A DNA stretch of 64,000 nt, from the NCBI GenBank assembly GCA_963726745.1, contig CAVSDR010000002.1, positions 288,001 through 352,000 of the forward strand, read 5' to 3'. This stretch comes from an uncultured Verrucomicrobiae bacterium. GTDB taxonomy: Bacteria > Verrucomicrobiota > Verrucomicrobiia > Chthoniobacterales > UBA10450. Shown piece by piece: positions 9,895-19,510 of the stretch. A program made the translations under genes and the position numbers. A model generated the notes under the pieces. The model was not told the DNA's origin. It worked only from the letters and a program-made list of their open reading frames with translations, and did not search any database. Numbering within the stretch: position 1 is the first letter of the stretch; each line of letters begins with the position of its first letter.

Positions 9895-10775
9895 GAAGCG
9901 TCGGCGGTGGCCGCGGGCGCGTCCTCGACGTTCGCGGCCGGGGCAAAATAGCCGAGCAATTGCCCGAGCTGCGCGCGCATCCGCTTGCGGTGCACGATCA
10001 AGTCAATCAAGCCATGCTCCTCGAGGAACTCGGCGGTCTGGAAACCGGAGGGTAAATCCTGGTGCGTAGTTTCCTTGATCACGCGGGGCCCGGCGAAACC
10101 GACCATCGCCCGCGGCTCGGCCATGATGATGTCGCCTAACGAGGCAAAGCTCGCCATCACGCCGGCGGTGGTGGGATTAGTCAGCACACTGATGTAGGGC
10201 AAGCCTTCGCAGGCGTGGCGGGCGAGGGCGCCGCTGGTCTTGGCCATCTGCATGAGGCTGAGCATGCCTTCATACATGCGCGCGCCGCCGGAGGCGGAAA
10301 CGATGATGACCGCAGCGCGATGGGCCGTGCCCCATTCGATGATGCGGGTGATGCGCTCACCCACGACCGAGCCCATGGTCGCGGCCAGGAAGCTGAAATC
10401 CATCACCGCGATGGCGACCGGGTAGCCTTCGATCGCGCCGTGACCGCTCAGGACCGCATCGGTCAGGCCGGTGCTGGCCTGGTATTTCTTCAAGCGATCC
10501 TCGTAGCTGGCCATGCCCTGGAAGCGGAGGGTGTCGATCGAGCGCAGGTTGCTGTCGTGCTCCTCGAAGCTGCCGGGATCGAGCAGGTTTTCGATCCGGT
10601 CCTTGGCCGTGAGTGAGAAATGGTAATCGCACCGCGGGCAAACGCGCAGGTTCTGCGTGAGCTCGATCTCGTGCACGACTTCGTTGCAGCCGGGACATTT
10701 CTGCCAAAGGCCTTGCGGCATCTCGCGCCGGCGGCGGCTCTCGGTTTTCAGGTCGGGACGCTTGAAGATGGCCAT
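9891..10775 (-). CDS. accD: Acetyl-CoA carboxylase carboxyltransferase beta subunit
   Basis: LWQKCPGC Zn finger, SGGARMYEG, GFAGPRVI; adjacent to folC. Confidence 0.96.
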   Translation of the reverse strand: MAIFKRPDLKTESRRRREMPQGLWQKCPGCNEVVHEIELTQNLRVCPRCDYHFSLTAKDRIENLLDPGSFEEHDSNLRSIDTLRFQGMASYEDRLKKYQASTGLTDAVLSGHGAIEGYPVAIAVMDFSFLAATMGSVVGERITRIIEWGTAHRAAVIIVSASGGARMYEGMLSLMQMAKTSGALARHACEGLPYISVLTNPTTAGVMASFASLGDIIMAEPRAMVGFAGPRVIKETTHQDLPSGFQTAEFLEEHGLIDLIVHRKRMRAQLGQLLGYFAPAANVEDAPAATADAS

Positions 10776-10790
10776 GGATTCTTGGATTCG

Positions 10791-11519
10791 TTAGGCGCGG
10801 GCGGCGGTCGCGGCATGGACCGAGAGCGCGCCCGCTTTCCGGAGCACGCGGGCGCATTCGCTCAAGGTCGAGCCGGTCGTTAGAACATCATCGATCACGA
10901 GCACGCGCAACCCTCGCACGTCCGCCTTTTTTCGTAAACGAAACGCATCGCGCAAGTTTTCCATGCGCGCGCTGCGATCGAAAACCGTCTGCGTGGTGGT
11001 AAAGCGGATGCGCTCGAGCACCGGCGCGAGCGGGAGCTGGCGGCGCGCGCAGAGGAGCTCGGCCAGAAGCGCGGCCTGATTGAAGCCGCGTTCGCGTTCC
11101 CGCGCGGGATGCAGCGGCACCGGCACCACGAGATCAAAACGGCGGCCGCGCAGTCGCGGGTCATCGAGCGTCTCGCAGAGCCAGTCGGCGACTGGATGCC
11201 GCAGATGGAGCGCGTGTCCGTATTTGAATTGGTGGACCAGCTTCCGCACCAGGCCGCGGCTGCGGTAGGCTGCGACCGCGCATTCGAAATGGAGACGGCG
11301 ACCGGCGCAATTCGCGCAGGAAAACGTCTGCGTGATCTCGCCGGCAAACGGCTCCGAGCAGGTGGCGCAGAACGGCGGCGTGATCCGCGGCGCCTTCGCT
11401 TGGCAGCCCGCGCAGAGATATTCTCCAGCCGCGATCGGCCGGAGGCATTCCTCGCAAAGGCTAGGGTAAAAGAGGGAGGCGAGAGCTTCCAGCGGACAGA
11501 CGAGTGCGCGCGTGAACAT
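10791..11519 (-). CDS. comF: ComF-family competence protein
   Basis: N-terminal CxxC pairs, VPVPLH..R...RGFNQ, IDDVLTTGSTL. Confidence 0.92.
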   Translation of the reverse strand: MFTRALVCPLEALASLFYPSLCEECLRPIAAGEYLCAGCQAKAPRITPPFCATCSEPFAGEITQTFSCANCAGRRLHFECAVAAYRSRGLVRKLVHQFKYGHALHLRHPVADWLCETLDDPRLRGRRFDLVVPVPLHPARERERGFNQAALLAELLCARRQLPLAPVLERIRFTTTQTVFDRSARMENLRDAFRLRKKADVRGLRVLVIDDVLTTGSTLSECARVLRKAGALSVHAATAARA

Positions 11520-12357
11520 GCCAGAGGTGCAGGAGCAGCCAGCTAAGCAGCGCCACCGCCAGCGGAGCAATCCCAATCAGCAGGCTCTTGCCGATCCACG
11601 GGAGCGCGACGAACTCGCGCCGGGCGATTTTGTTGAAGAGCGCGCTGGCAAAAATCCAGCCGCCGTGCAGCCCGATCGGCAGCCAGAGCGAGCGCGTGCG
11701 CAGGCGCGCATCGGCCAGGATCCAGGCGAGCAGAAAAAGCGTGGTGAAACCGGCCAGGACGAGGAGCGGCTCCTGGAACTGCGAAAAGGCGTGGCCGATC
11801 GAGACCAGACCGGAATTCCACGCGACGACGGGCGAAGTCTGCTCGGGCGCTTTCAGGAAATGCAGGATCGAGAAAAGCGCTGAGCTAAAGAAAGTGGCGA
11901 GCATGGGCGTCGTCGTGCGCAAGAGCGCGCCGAGGATGAGCCCGCGGAAAAGCGGCTCCTCGATGAACGGAACGACGACAGCCGACAAGGTGCGCGAGAG
12001 AATTTCCCCGATGGGAAAATGCCCGCGCAGGCTGTAAACCCCCAGCGAGATCAGGAGCCCGCCCAGGCCGAGCAGGGGAACCGCAGCGATCCCGAAGCCG
12101 GCGCCCAAGTCGCGCCAGCGGCGGGGATTTTTCTCCAAACCCAGCTCGCCGAGGCTCCGGATTTTAAGCGACCGAAGCAGCGGCCAGAAGAGCAGCAGCG
12201 CCCAGACGAGGAGCGCGCGATGGAAGAATGTCTCGAAGTCGTAGCGCGCGAGGAAAGCGAAGCGATCGTGCGTGAGCCAGTAGATCCAGGGCGCGGTCAA
12301 AGCCCCGAGCAGCAAGGTGGCAACGAAATAGCCGAGCAGGCGGGCTGCGTCTTTCAA
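11461..12357 (-). CDS. CPBP-family intramembrane metalloprotease
   Basis: EEPLFRG, FSILH, SLWLPIGLHGGW; many TM segments. Confidence 0.88.
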   Translation of the reverse strand: MKDAARLLGYFVATLLLGALTAPWIYWLTHDRFAFLARYDFETFFHRALLVWALLLFWPLLRSLKIRSLGELGLEKNPRRWRDLGAGFGIAAVPLLGLGGLLISLGVYSLRGHFPIGEILSRTLSAVVVPFIEEPLFRGLILGALLRTTTPMLATFFSSALFSILHFLKAPEQTSPVVAWNSGLVSIGHAFSQFQEPLLVLAGFTTLFLLAWILADARLRTRSLWLPIGLHGGWIFASALFNKIARREFVALPWIGKSLLIGIAPLAVALLSWLLLHLWHVHARTRLSAGSSRLPLLP

Positions 12358-12382
12358 GATTCTATTGTAGGGTGGCGCGCCG

Positions 12383-12640
12383 ATGCCTCAACACGTTTGG
12401 AAAGAGAAGGACGCCGAAGGTCGCAAGCGCGAGGTGCGCGTCACCAAGTTCGGCGGCGAATGGAAGTTCCAGGCCAAGTATCTCGACGAGGGGATCTGGA
12501 CCTACTACGACCGGCCGCTCCCGGACGACCTGACTTACCTGCGCGATCTCATTTTCCGAAAATACCAGCGCCGCCGTGCTTCCTCGGAGGACGTGGAGGC
12601 GATCGATCGGCTGCTGCAGATCTATGCCGCCGAAGGCTAA
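12383..12640 (+). CDS. Hypothetical protein (85 aa)
   Basis: Protein-like composition and typical codon usage; abuts bioA. Confidence 0.7.
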   Translation: MPQHVWKEKDAEGRKREVRVTKFGGEWKFQAKYLDEGIWTYYDRPLPDDLTYLRDLIFRKYQRRRASSEDVEAIDRLLQIYAAEG

Positions 12641-13935
12641 GTGGGAAACGGCAGCCCTGCGCGCGGCGGATCAGCGGCACGTCTGGCATCCGTTTACCGC
12701 GATGACGGAGTGGTGCGCGCCGGAGCACGAGCCGATCGTGCTCGTGCGAGGCGAGGGGGCGCTGCTTTGGGACAGCGAGGGACGGGAATACCTCGACGGG
12801 AATTCCTCCATCTGGACGAACATCCACGGGCATAATCATCCGCGCATCAACGCGGCGATTAGACAGCAACTTGAGCGCGTGGCGCACACGTCCTTTCTCG
12901 GGTTCAGCAATCCGCCCGCGATCCAGCTCGCGGAGAAAATCGTGGGTCTTTTCCCGCCGGAAACCCTGAGCCGCGTCTTCTTTTCCGACGACGGTTCGAC
13001 CGCGATGGAGGCCGCCTTGCGGATGGTGGAGCAATATTGGCAGCTGGAAGGCGAACCGCGCGGGGAGTTGGTTGCCTTCCGGCAGGGATACCACGGCGAT
13101 ACCGCCGGCGCCGCCAGCCTTGGCGCGCACCGGATGTTCCGGGAGAATCGCACCGCGTGGCGGTTTCCGGTCAGGCAAGTCGCGAGCGTGGCGGAACTGG
13201 ACGGATTTACCGAAGACGAGCGCGCGCGGCGTGGCGGCGGTGGTGATCGAGCCGCTGGTCCAGGGTGCCGCCGGGATGAGACTTTGGCCAAAGGGGATGT
13301 TGCGGGACCTGCGGGCCTGGTGCGACCGGGCTGGGGCCCTGCTGGTGCACGATGAAGTGCTAACGGGATTTGGGCGGACGGGCACGATGTTCGCGGGGGA
13401 ACAGGAGAACGTCACTCCGGATATTTGTATTCTCGGTAAAGCGCTGACTGGAGGCTATCTTCCGTTGGCATTAACTCTCACCACGGAGAAAGTATTCGCG
13501 CCCTTTCTGCGCCGTTCTGGCGCGGAATCGACGCTCTTTTATGGTCACAGCTATAGCGGAAATGCGCTCGGGGCTGCGGCGGCACTCGCGAGCTTGCAAA
13601 TCTTTCAGGAGGAGAAAGTGCTGGCTAATTTGCAGGGGAAAATCCGCCTGTTGGAGTCGGGACTGGCGGCATTGGCCAAGCTTCCAGAGGTGACGGAAAC
13701 GCGGCAGTGCGGCTTCATTTCCGCGGTCGAGCTCGCCGGCGACGCGGCGGACGCTCGCGCGGTTTGCGTGGCCGCCCGCGCCTTTGGTTTGCTCACCCGG
13801 CCGATTCAAAACAGCGTCGTTCTGCTCCCGCCATTCTGCATCACGGAGGAGCAGTTGCGGCAAGCGACAACGGCAATTGGCCGGGCGATCGCGCAGGTGT
13901 TTGCGGCCGCGCCGCGGGAGGCGGTGAGCGTCTAG
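12624..13935 (+). CDS. bioA: Adenosylmethionine-8-amino-7-oxononanoate aminotransferase, frameshift near 13215; start uncertain
   Basis: HVWHPFT, SDDGSTAMEAA, YHGDT, DEVLTGFGRTG, GKALTGGYLPL, GHSYSGN. Confidence 0.92.
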
Positions 13936-13937
13936 CG

Positions 13938-14678
13938 ATGGCCAGGCGGATGCGATTGGATACGCTGCTGGTCGAGCGCGGACTTTGCCCGAGCCGCGAA
14001 CAGGCGCAGCGCGCGGTCATGGCCGGGCAGGTGCGCACGGGCGACCGGGTGCTCTTGAAGTCGTCGGTTTTGCTCGAGCCGACCGCGGATTTAATCGTGG
14101 CTGCGCCGCCGAAATACGTCGGGCGCGGCGGCTTCAAGCTGGAAGGGGCGCTGGAGCATTTCGCGATTGATCCTGCTGGCAAAATCGCCCTCGACATCGG
14201 CGCGTCCACGGGCGGCTTTACCGATTGCCTGCTGCAACGCGGGGCGGCCAAGGTCTACGCGATCGACGTGGGCCACGGCCAGCTCGCCTGGAAAATCCGG
14301 AATGACCCGCGCGTGGTCGTGCGCGAAAACCTGAACGCGCGCCACCTGAGCGCGGACGATATTCCGGAGCCGATCGATCTCTGCGTAATCGATGTCTCGT
14401 TTATTTCCCTGACTTTGATCTTGCCGCGCGCCTTCGAGTTGTTAACTCCAAGCGGAGTGGTCCTGGCGCTGATCAAACCGCAATTTGAGCTGCAATCGGC
14501 CGACGTCGGTCGCGGCGGGATCGTGAGCGACCCGGCACTGCACGGGAAAGCACAGCGGAAGATCGAGGAATTCGTCCGCGCCGCGGGCGAGGAAGTGGTG
14601 GGGCTGGTGCCGTCGCGGATCACGGGAATGGATGGGAACCAGGAGTTTTTTTTATGCGTCCGCAAAGCATCGGCCTGA
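13938..14678 (+). CDS. tlyA: TlyA-family rRNA methyltransferase
   Basis: S4 domain RLDTLLVERGL, YVGRGGFKL, DIGASTGGFTD, IKPQFE. Confidence 0.94.
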   Translation: MARRMRLDTLLVERGLCPSREQAQRAVMAGQVRTGDRVLLKSSVLLEPTADLIVAAPPKYVGRGGFKLEGALEHFAIDPAGKIALDIGASTGGFTDCLLQRGAAKVYAIDVGHGQLAWKIRNDPRVVVRENLNARHLSADDIPEPIDLCVIDVSFISLTLILPRAFELLTPSGVVLALIKPQFELQSADVGRGGIVSDPALHGKAQRKIEEFVRAAGEEVVGLVPSRITGMDGNQEFFLCVRKASA

Positions 14679-15523
14679 TCGCGCACACGGGAAAGCCGGG
14701 GGCGGCGGAGCTGGTCCGAGCGGTCATGGAGGAATTTGCCCAAGTCGGGCTCCCGGTGCTGCTTGAGAAAGAAACGGCGCGCCTTGCTGGGCTCGCGTCG
14801 GAGTATTCAACGAGCGATCTCGGGCGCAAGACCGACCTGCTCGTGGTCCTCGGCGGCGACGGCACGATCTTGAACGCCGTGGGGCAATTAGGCGACGAGA
14901 TCAAACCGATCTTTGGGATCAACATCGGCTCGCTCGGCTTCCTGACCTGCGCCGCCTCGAGCGCCTATCGCGAGGCGGTCGCAAGCATCGCCGCCGGGCG
15001 GATCGAATTTAGCCAGCGCGCTCTACTCGACGTGCAGCTCGACCCGGTGGGGCCGGCAAAGGACCGCGTACTGCGCTGCTTGAACGATGCAGTCTTCAGC
15101 CGTGGCGAGATCTCGCGCCTCATCCGGCTGGTCGTGCGGGTGGATGGCGAGGCGCTCACAGAATTTAACGCCGACGGCTTGATCCTGGCCACGCCCACGG
15201 GCTCCACCGCTTACTCGCTCAGCGCCGGCGGACCGATTCTGGCGCCCAATTCCGGTGCGTTTGTGATCACCCCGATTTGCCCGCATACGCTCTCGAACCG
15301 TTCGATCATCGTGCCGGATTCCGCGGTCATCGAAGTGGAGGCGGCGGAGCGGGATTACCCGGTTTTCCTTACGGTCGACGGCCGGGAGCCGGTGCACGTC
15401 GAGCGCGGCTCAGTCGTGACTGTCCGTAAAGCGGCGCAATCGCTTCCGCTGGCGGCCTTGCCCGGCGTTTCCTTCTTCAGCGTCGTCCGGCAGAAACTGA
15501 AGTGGCGCGGGAGCAACGTTTAG
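14654..15523 (+). CDS. nadK: NAD kinase
   Basis: LGGDGT, GINIGSLGFL, DGLILATPTGSTAYSLSAGGP. Confidence 0.96.
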   Translation: MRPQSIGLIAHTGKPGAAELVRAVMEEFAQVGLPVLLEKETARLAGLASEYSTSDLGRKTDLLVVLGGDGTILNAVGQLGDEIKPIFGINIGSLGFLTCAASSAYREAVASIAAGRIEFSQRALLDVQLDPVGPAKDRVLRCLNDAVFSRGEISRLIRLVVRVDGEALTEFNADGLILATPTGSTAYSLSAGGPILAPNSGAFVITPICPHTLSNRSIIVPDSAVIEVEAAERDYPVFLTVDGREPVHVERGSVVTVRKAAQSLPLAALPGVSFFSVVRQKLKWRGSNV

Positions 15524-15543
15524 CCAGCGCTTTCACTGGACGG

Positions 15544-15580
15544 AAAAAGGGCCAGCCGAACAATCCGCTCAGCTGGCCCT
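15544..15580 (-). terminator. Probable intrinsic terminator for the 15619-16032 lipoprotein gene
   Basis: AGGGCCAGC/GCTGGCCCT stem followed by a T-run on the minus strand. Confidence 0.55.
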
Positions 15581-15618
15581 CGATTCGAACGGAGCGCCAC
15601 GGCTCCGTAGCGGGAAAG

Positions 15619-16032
15619 TTACTTCACTTTCTTATACTGCATCGCCGCGCCCGTCGGGCCGGTCATCTCCATGGTGTCGCCGCTGATTTTGACCGGGAAG
15701 GTCTGTTCGCCCATGGCCGCCATGGCGCCTTCAAAGGTCACTTTCACGTGACCCGCGTCGGGCATCGAGTAGGTGCCGGTGACAACGTCGCCGCTGGAGA
15801 GCTTCTCGGTCATTTTGCCGTCCGCGCCGTAGGTGATGGTCTCTGCGCCGTCGGCGTCCTGCCAGGTGCCCACGAGGGCGTTTGCGCCTTTGGCGGGAGC
15901 GCCTGCTTTGGCGGTGCCGGTGGTCTTCTCGGCCGAAGGCGTTGGCGTGGCGTCGGCCTTATCGGATTTTGAGCACGAGGCGAGGGTGGCCAGCGTTGCC
16001 GCGGCCAAGGTGAGAGTGGTGAGTTTGTTCAT
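15619..16032 (-). CDS. Lipoprotein (lipocalin-like beta domain)
   Basis: LASC lipobox, Thr/Ala linker, LVGTW motif. Confidence 0.8.
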   Translation of the reverse strand: MNKLTTLTLAAATLATLASCSKSDKADATPTPSAEKTTGTAKAGAPAKGANALVGTWQDADGAETITYGADGKMTEKLSSGDVVTGTYSMPDAGHVKVTFEGAMAAMGEQTFPVKISGDTMEMTGPTGAAMQYKKVK

Positions 16033-16221
16033 CGAAGTGGATCCTGCTGTCTAATTGGTGGTGATGTGGTGCCCTGGCACGTGGAGGCGCGAACAGGGAA
16101 CCGCGCATACACAGCATAAACGGCCCCAGCGCAAGTCACTAAGGCGGTTCGCTGCGAGAATTTCCTTCTGGGAGCGAATCGCTGTCCTCCCACGGCACGA
16201 CGGGTGCTCCCCAAGGACGCG

Positions 16222-17019
16222 ATGAGTTTTGTAAGAGTCCGTCAATTCGTGGCCATGATGACCTTTGCCGCAGGGGCGCAGTTCGCGCCCGTGGCCAAAG
16301 GGAGCGTCATTTTCCGTTACGATTTCCCCGGCACACCCGGAAACGGAGCCGTCTCCGCACAAACTTCGCCGCAGCCAGCTGGCGCCGTCTTCAGCGATTT
16401 CGTGCGGGTGAACCTGACGCCAGATCCAAACGCTTACGCAAACGAATTTACCTCGATCGGCTACGCCCATCCGACGCTCGACCTGACGCAATACGCCGGA
16501 TTCAGCATCAACGCTCAGCCCGGGCAGACCCTGAACCTAACCAGCCTGACCTTCGACACGATGCATCACGCGTCGGGACCCACGAAGGAATACATTTACC
16601 TTTATCTGAATGGCGACTTTTCCACGTCCTATGCCAGCCAGTTCTTTAGTGGCACCACCACCGTGGACTTTATATTCACCGCGCTGACCTCGGCAGATAA
16701 TGTGACCCGCGTCGATTTCCGTTTCTATGGCTACAACGCCGGCAAACCAGAAGGCTCCAACGGCCTGGGGAACGTGATCATCAATGGGGATTTCGGCATC
16801 GCTCCGGTACCCGAAGTTTCCGCTCTCGTCCCGCTGGTGGCCCTTGGAATCGCCATTGCCTTACACGCAAACCGCCGGCGGTTAGCTCCTTCGCGAAAGC
16901 TCGCTAAGACACTCTCCGGAAGCGATCGCCGCGATTCGGCGTGCGCGTTTGTCGACGCGGCGAGACCGCCACCTCCGAAACGGCGGCGCCGGCGGATAGT
17001 CTCAACGACGAAGCGCTGA
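16222..17019 (+). CDS. Secreted protein with PEP-CTERM-like sorting signal
   Basis: Signal peptide, Ser/Thr/aromatic-rich beta domain, VPEVSALVPLVALGIAIALHANRRR. Confidence 0.8.
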   Translation: MSFVRVRQFVAMMTFAAGAQFAPVAKGSVIFRYDFPGTPGNGAVSAQTSPQPAGAVFSDFVRVNLTPDPNAYANEFTSIGYAHPTLDLTQYAGFSINAQPGQTLNLTSLTFDTMHHASGPTKEYIYLYLNGDFSTSYASQFFSGTTTVDFIFTALTSADNVTRVDFRFYGYNAGKPEGSNGLGNVIINGDFGIAPVPEVSALVPLVALGIAIALHANRRRLAPSRKLAKTLSGSDRRDSACAFVDAARPPPPKRRRRRIVSTTKR

Positions 17020-17319
17020 TCGTCGGGCTGGCGTCGTTGTTTAAGCGGCCCACAACGACCGCGTGTGACCTGGCAGGGGATTCAATTAATGACAGCTGCG
17101 CACACACTCTTTGGATTTCATATGACATATATTGTATGACGTTATCGGACAGGGTTCTGAGCGACCCACTTTTCTGTCAAAACACTTCCTAAATAGCGGT
17201 AGCAGCCGCTTCACCCGTCTATAGCGGGCGTAGGCAACAAAGATCACAAAACAGACTGAAAATTTCTCGTCACAACTACAAGTATCTCATTTCGAACAAC
17301 TTACTGGAGTGCAGTAGCG

Positions 17320-17347
17320 TTGACGGATCAGCTCAGAGCTTTACAAT
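17320..17347 (+). promoter_or_regulatory. Sigma70-type promoter upstream of the tRNA-like RNA
   Basis: TTGACG (17320-17325), 16-nt spacer, TACAAT (17342-17347). Confidence 0.65.
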
Positions 17348-17354
17348 TGGAGCC

Positions 17355-17452
17355 GACCGCCGTGGTAGAAAGGAAAGCATACCACCGCTAAAGCCTGACG
17401 TTGGCCGACGCCAGCTAGGTGGAGATACAGGTTCAAATCCTGTCGGTGAGTC
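17355..17452 (+). ncRNA. tRNA-like structured RNA with an expanded anticodon arm
   Basis: Acceptor-like GACCGCCG/CGGTG(A)GTC, D-like loop with GG, CCACC/GGTGG stem enclosing 31 nt, canonical T arm ACAGG-TTCAAAT-CCTGT. Confidence 0.65.
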
Positions 17453-17472
17453 GTCAAGCTTCATCTCGTCCG

Positions 17473-17961
17473 GTGACCTCCCAGTCCTCATCCGTCTGCT
17501 TTCCGAGTGATAGCTTCATCCTGCGAGCGCCGGATTCCCCGATTGAATGGGAGCGCTATTTCGACCTTCGTTGGCGAATCTTGCGGGAGCCTTGGCAGCA
17601 ACCTCGCGGCAGCGAGCGCGACGCCTTGGAGGATTCCGCGACGCAACGCGCACTTTGGACGCCGGACGCGGTGCCCGTGGCGATCGGCCGGGTGCATTTG
17701 AACGGCGCGACCGAAGCTCAGGTTCGCTATATGGCGGTCGAGCCCGCGTTTGCCTGCCGCGGCCTGGGATCAAGAGTCCTCCGTGCCCTCGAGTCGGCGG
17801 CGATCGACCTTGGCGCCCAGACCGTGATTCTCAATTCGCGCCGCGGCGCACAGGGTTTTTACGAGCGGCACGGCTATGCAGTGGAAGGTCCGGCAGAGAC
17901 CATGTTCGGTAGGATTGAGCACGTCCGAATGCAGAAAAACCTCCGCCGCAAAGCGGTTTAG
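17473..17961 (+). CDS. GNAT N-acetyltransferase (YiiD N-terminal-like); start uncertain
   Basis: YFDLRWRILREPW, QVRYMAV...RGLG, FYERHGY. Confidence 0.85.
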   Translation: MTSQSSSVCFPSDSFILRAPDSPIEWERYFDLRWRILREPWQQPRGSERDALEDSATQRALWTPDAVPVAIGRVHLNGATEAQVRYMAVEPAFACRGLGSRVLRALESAAIDLGAQTVILNSRRGAQGFYERHGYAVEGPAETMFGRIEHVRMQKNLRRKAV

Positions 17962-18028
17962 GCGACATTTTGTCAGATTGTCGGAATTTGCGAAAACCAT
18001 CCGGCCCGGTTGGGACGTAGATTGAACA

Positions 18029-18160
18029 ATGAAAAACTACCTCATGCCCTTGGCTCTGCTCACCCTGACCGCCATCCTGGCCGGTTGCGCCGCAGATACC
18101 ACCACGACGACGACCACGACCCGGACCGATCGCACAAAGACCTCGATGTACGCCCGCTAG
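18029..18160 (+). CDS. Small Thr-rich lipoprotein (43 aa, absent from the ORF track)
   Basis: MKNYLMPLALLTLTAILAGC-AADTTTTTTTTRTDRTKTSMYAR; LAGC lipobox; TAGATT 5 nt upstream. Confidence 0.75.
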   Translation: MKNYLMPLALLTLTAILAGCAADTTTTTTTTRTDRTKTSMYAR

Positions 18161-18199
18161 GCGCCACCTCCGAGTTTTCCCCCGCAAAGCCGCGGCTGC

Positions 18200-19447
18200 C
18201 TACGGTCGCGGTTTTGCGGGAGCCGATCCGGCAAAGTTGGTGAGCTTGAAGGTCTGGTGCGTCAGCCGCGCCGCGTTGTCGGCGTCTTTCTCGGCAATGA
18301 CCACGGTGATTTTGATCTCAGAGGTCGAGATCAATTCAATATTCACCTTGCCCTGCCCGAGGCATTCGAAAAGCCGAGCCGCGACCCCGGAATGCGAGCG
18401 CATGCCAATGCCGACGACGCTCAGCTTGGCCATGTCGCCCTGAGAAATCAGCCGTTTCGCGCCGATTTCCCGCGCCACTGGCTCCAGGAGCGCCTCGACG
18501 CGGGCGCGATCGTCTTCGTGGACGGTGAAGGAAATATCGGTCGTGTTCCGGTCCGAGGCGCTTTGCACGATCACGTCCACGGAAATATTAGCCGACGAGA
18601 CGGCGCTGAAGATTCTCCCAGCCGCGCCCGGCGTATCCGGCACGTCGTCGAGCGTCACCTTGGCCTGCTTCCGCTCGATGCTGACGCCGCGAATGACGAC
18701 GTCCTCCATGTGCGCGGTCTCTTCCTTGGCGATCGTGCCCGGGTTGCGGTTGAAGCTCGAGCGCACCTCAAACGGGATGCCGAACTTTTTCGCAAACTCG
18801 ACCGCGCGCGATTGCATGACCTTGGAGCCCGAACCGGCCATCTCCAGAAGCTCGTCGTAGGCGATTTCGTCGAGCTTGCTCGCGTCTTGCACCACCCGCG
18901 GATCGCAGGTGAACACGCCGTCGACATCAGTGTAAATCTGGCAAGCCTCGGCGTTGAGCGCGCCTGCCAAGGCGATCGCGGTCAAGTCCGAGCCGCCGCG
19001 GCCGAGCGTAGTGGTTTCGCCCTCGATCGTCTGCCCCTGGAACCCGGCGACCACGACCACGAAGCCGTCGGAGAGCAGCTCGTGGATCGCCTTTGGGTTG
19101 ATGTTCGCGATCTTCGCCTTCGTGTGGTGGCGATCGGTCACGATCCCGGCCTGCGCGCCGGTGAGCGAGATCGCTTTCCCGCCGAGCGCATTTACCGCCA
19201 TGGCCACGAGCGCAATCGAGGCATGCTCGCCGGTGGCGAGGAGCACGTCCATCTCGCGCTCGAGCGGCTGCGCCGAGATCTGGCGCGCTAATTTCACCAG
19301 CCCATCAGTCACGCCCGCCATTGCCGAGATGACTGCGACCACGCGGTGGCCTTCGCGCTGTGTCTCCAGGAGACGCTCCGCCACTTTCCGGATGCGTTCC
19401 GGATTACCGACGGACGTGCCGCCGAATTTTTGGACGATCAAAGGCAT
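18200..19447 (-). CDS. lysC: Aspartate kinase
   Basis: VQKFGGTSV, TTLGRGGSD, YTDVDG, two ACT domains, STSEIK. Confidence 0.95.
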   Translation of the reverse strand: MPLIVQKFGGTSVGNPERIRKVAERLLETQREGHRVVAVISAMAGVTDGLVKLARQISAQPLEREMDVLLATGEHASIALVAMAVNALGGKAISLTGAQAGIVTDRHHTKAKIANINPKAIHELLSDGFVVVVAGFQGQTIEGETTTLGRGGSDLTAIALAGALNAEACQIYTDVDGVFTCDPRVVQDASKLDEIAYDELLEMAGSGSKVMQSRAVEFAKKFGIPFEVRSSFNRNPGTIAKEETAHMEDVVIRGVSIERKQAKVTLDDVPDTPGAAGRIFSAVSSANISVDVIVQSASDRNTTDISFTVHEDDRARVEALLEPVAREIGAKRLISQGDMAKLSVVGIGMRSHSGVAARLFECLGQGKVNIELISTSEIKITVVIAEKDADNAARLTHQTFKLTNFAGSAPAKPRP

Positions 19448-19510
19448 GATGAGGCGCGCGGGATTTGGACCTTATATCGGCGCGAGTGGCAACCGTTTTT
19501 CGTGAACCAG

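Noticed and set aside
17355..17452. Calling the element a canonical tRNA or tmRNA
   Set aside because: It has no 7-nt anticodon loop, a bulged acceptor stem and no CCA, and it lacks the tag ORF and length of tmRNA.
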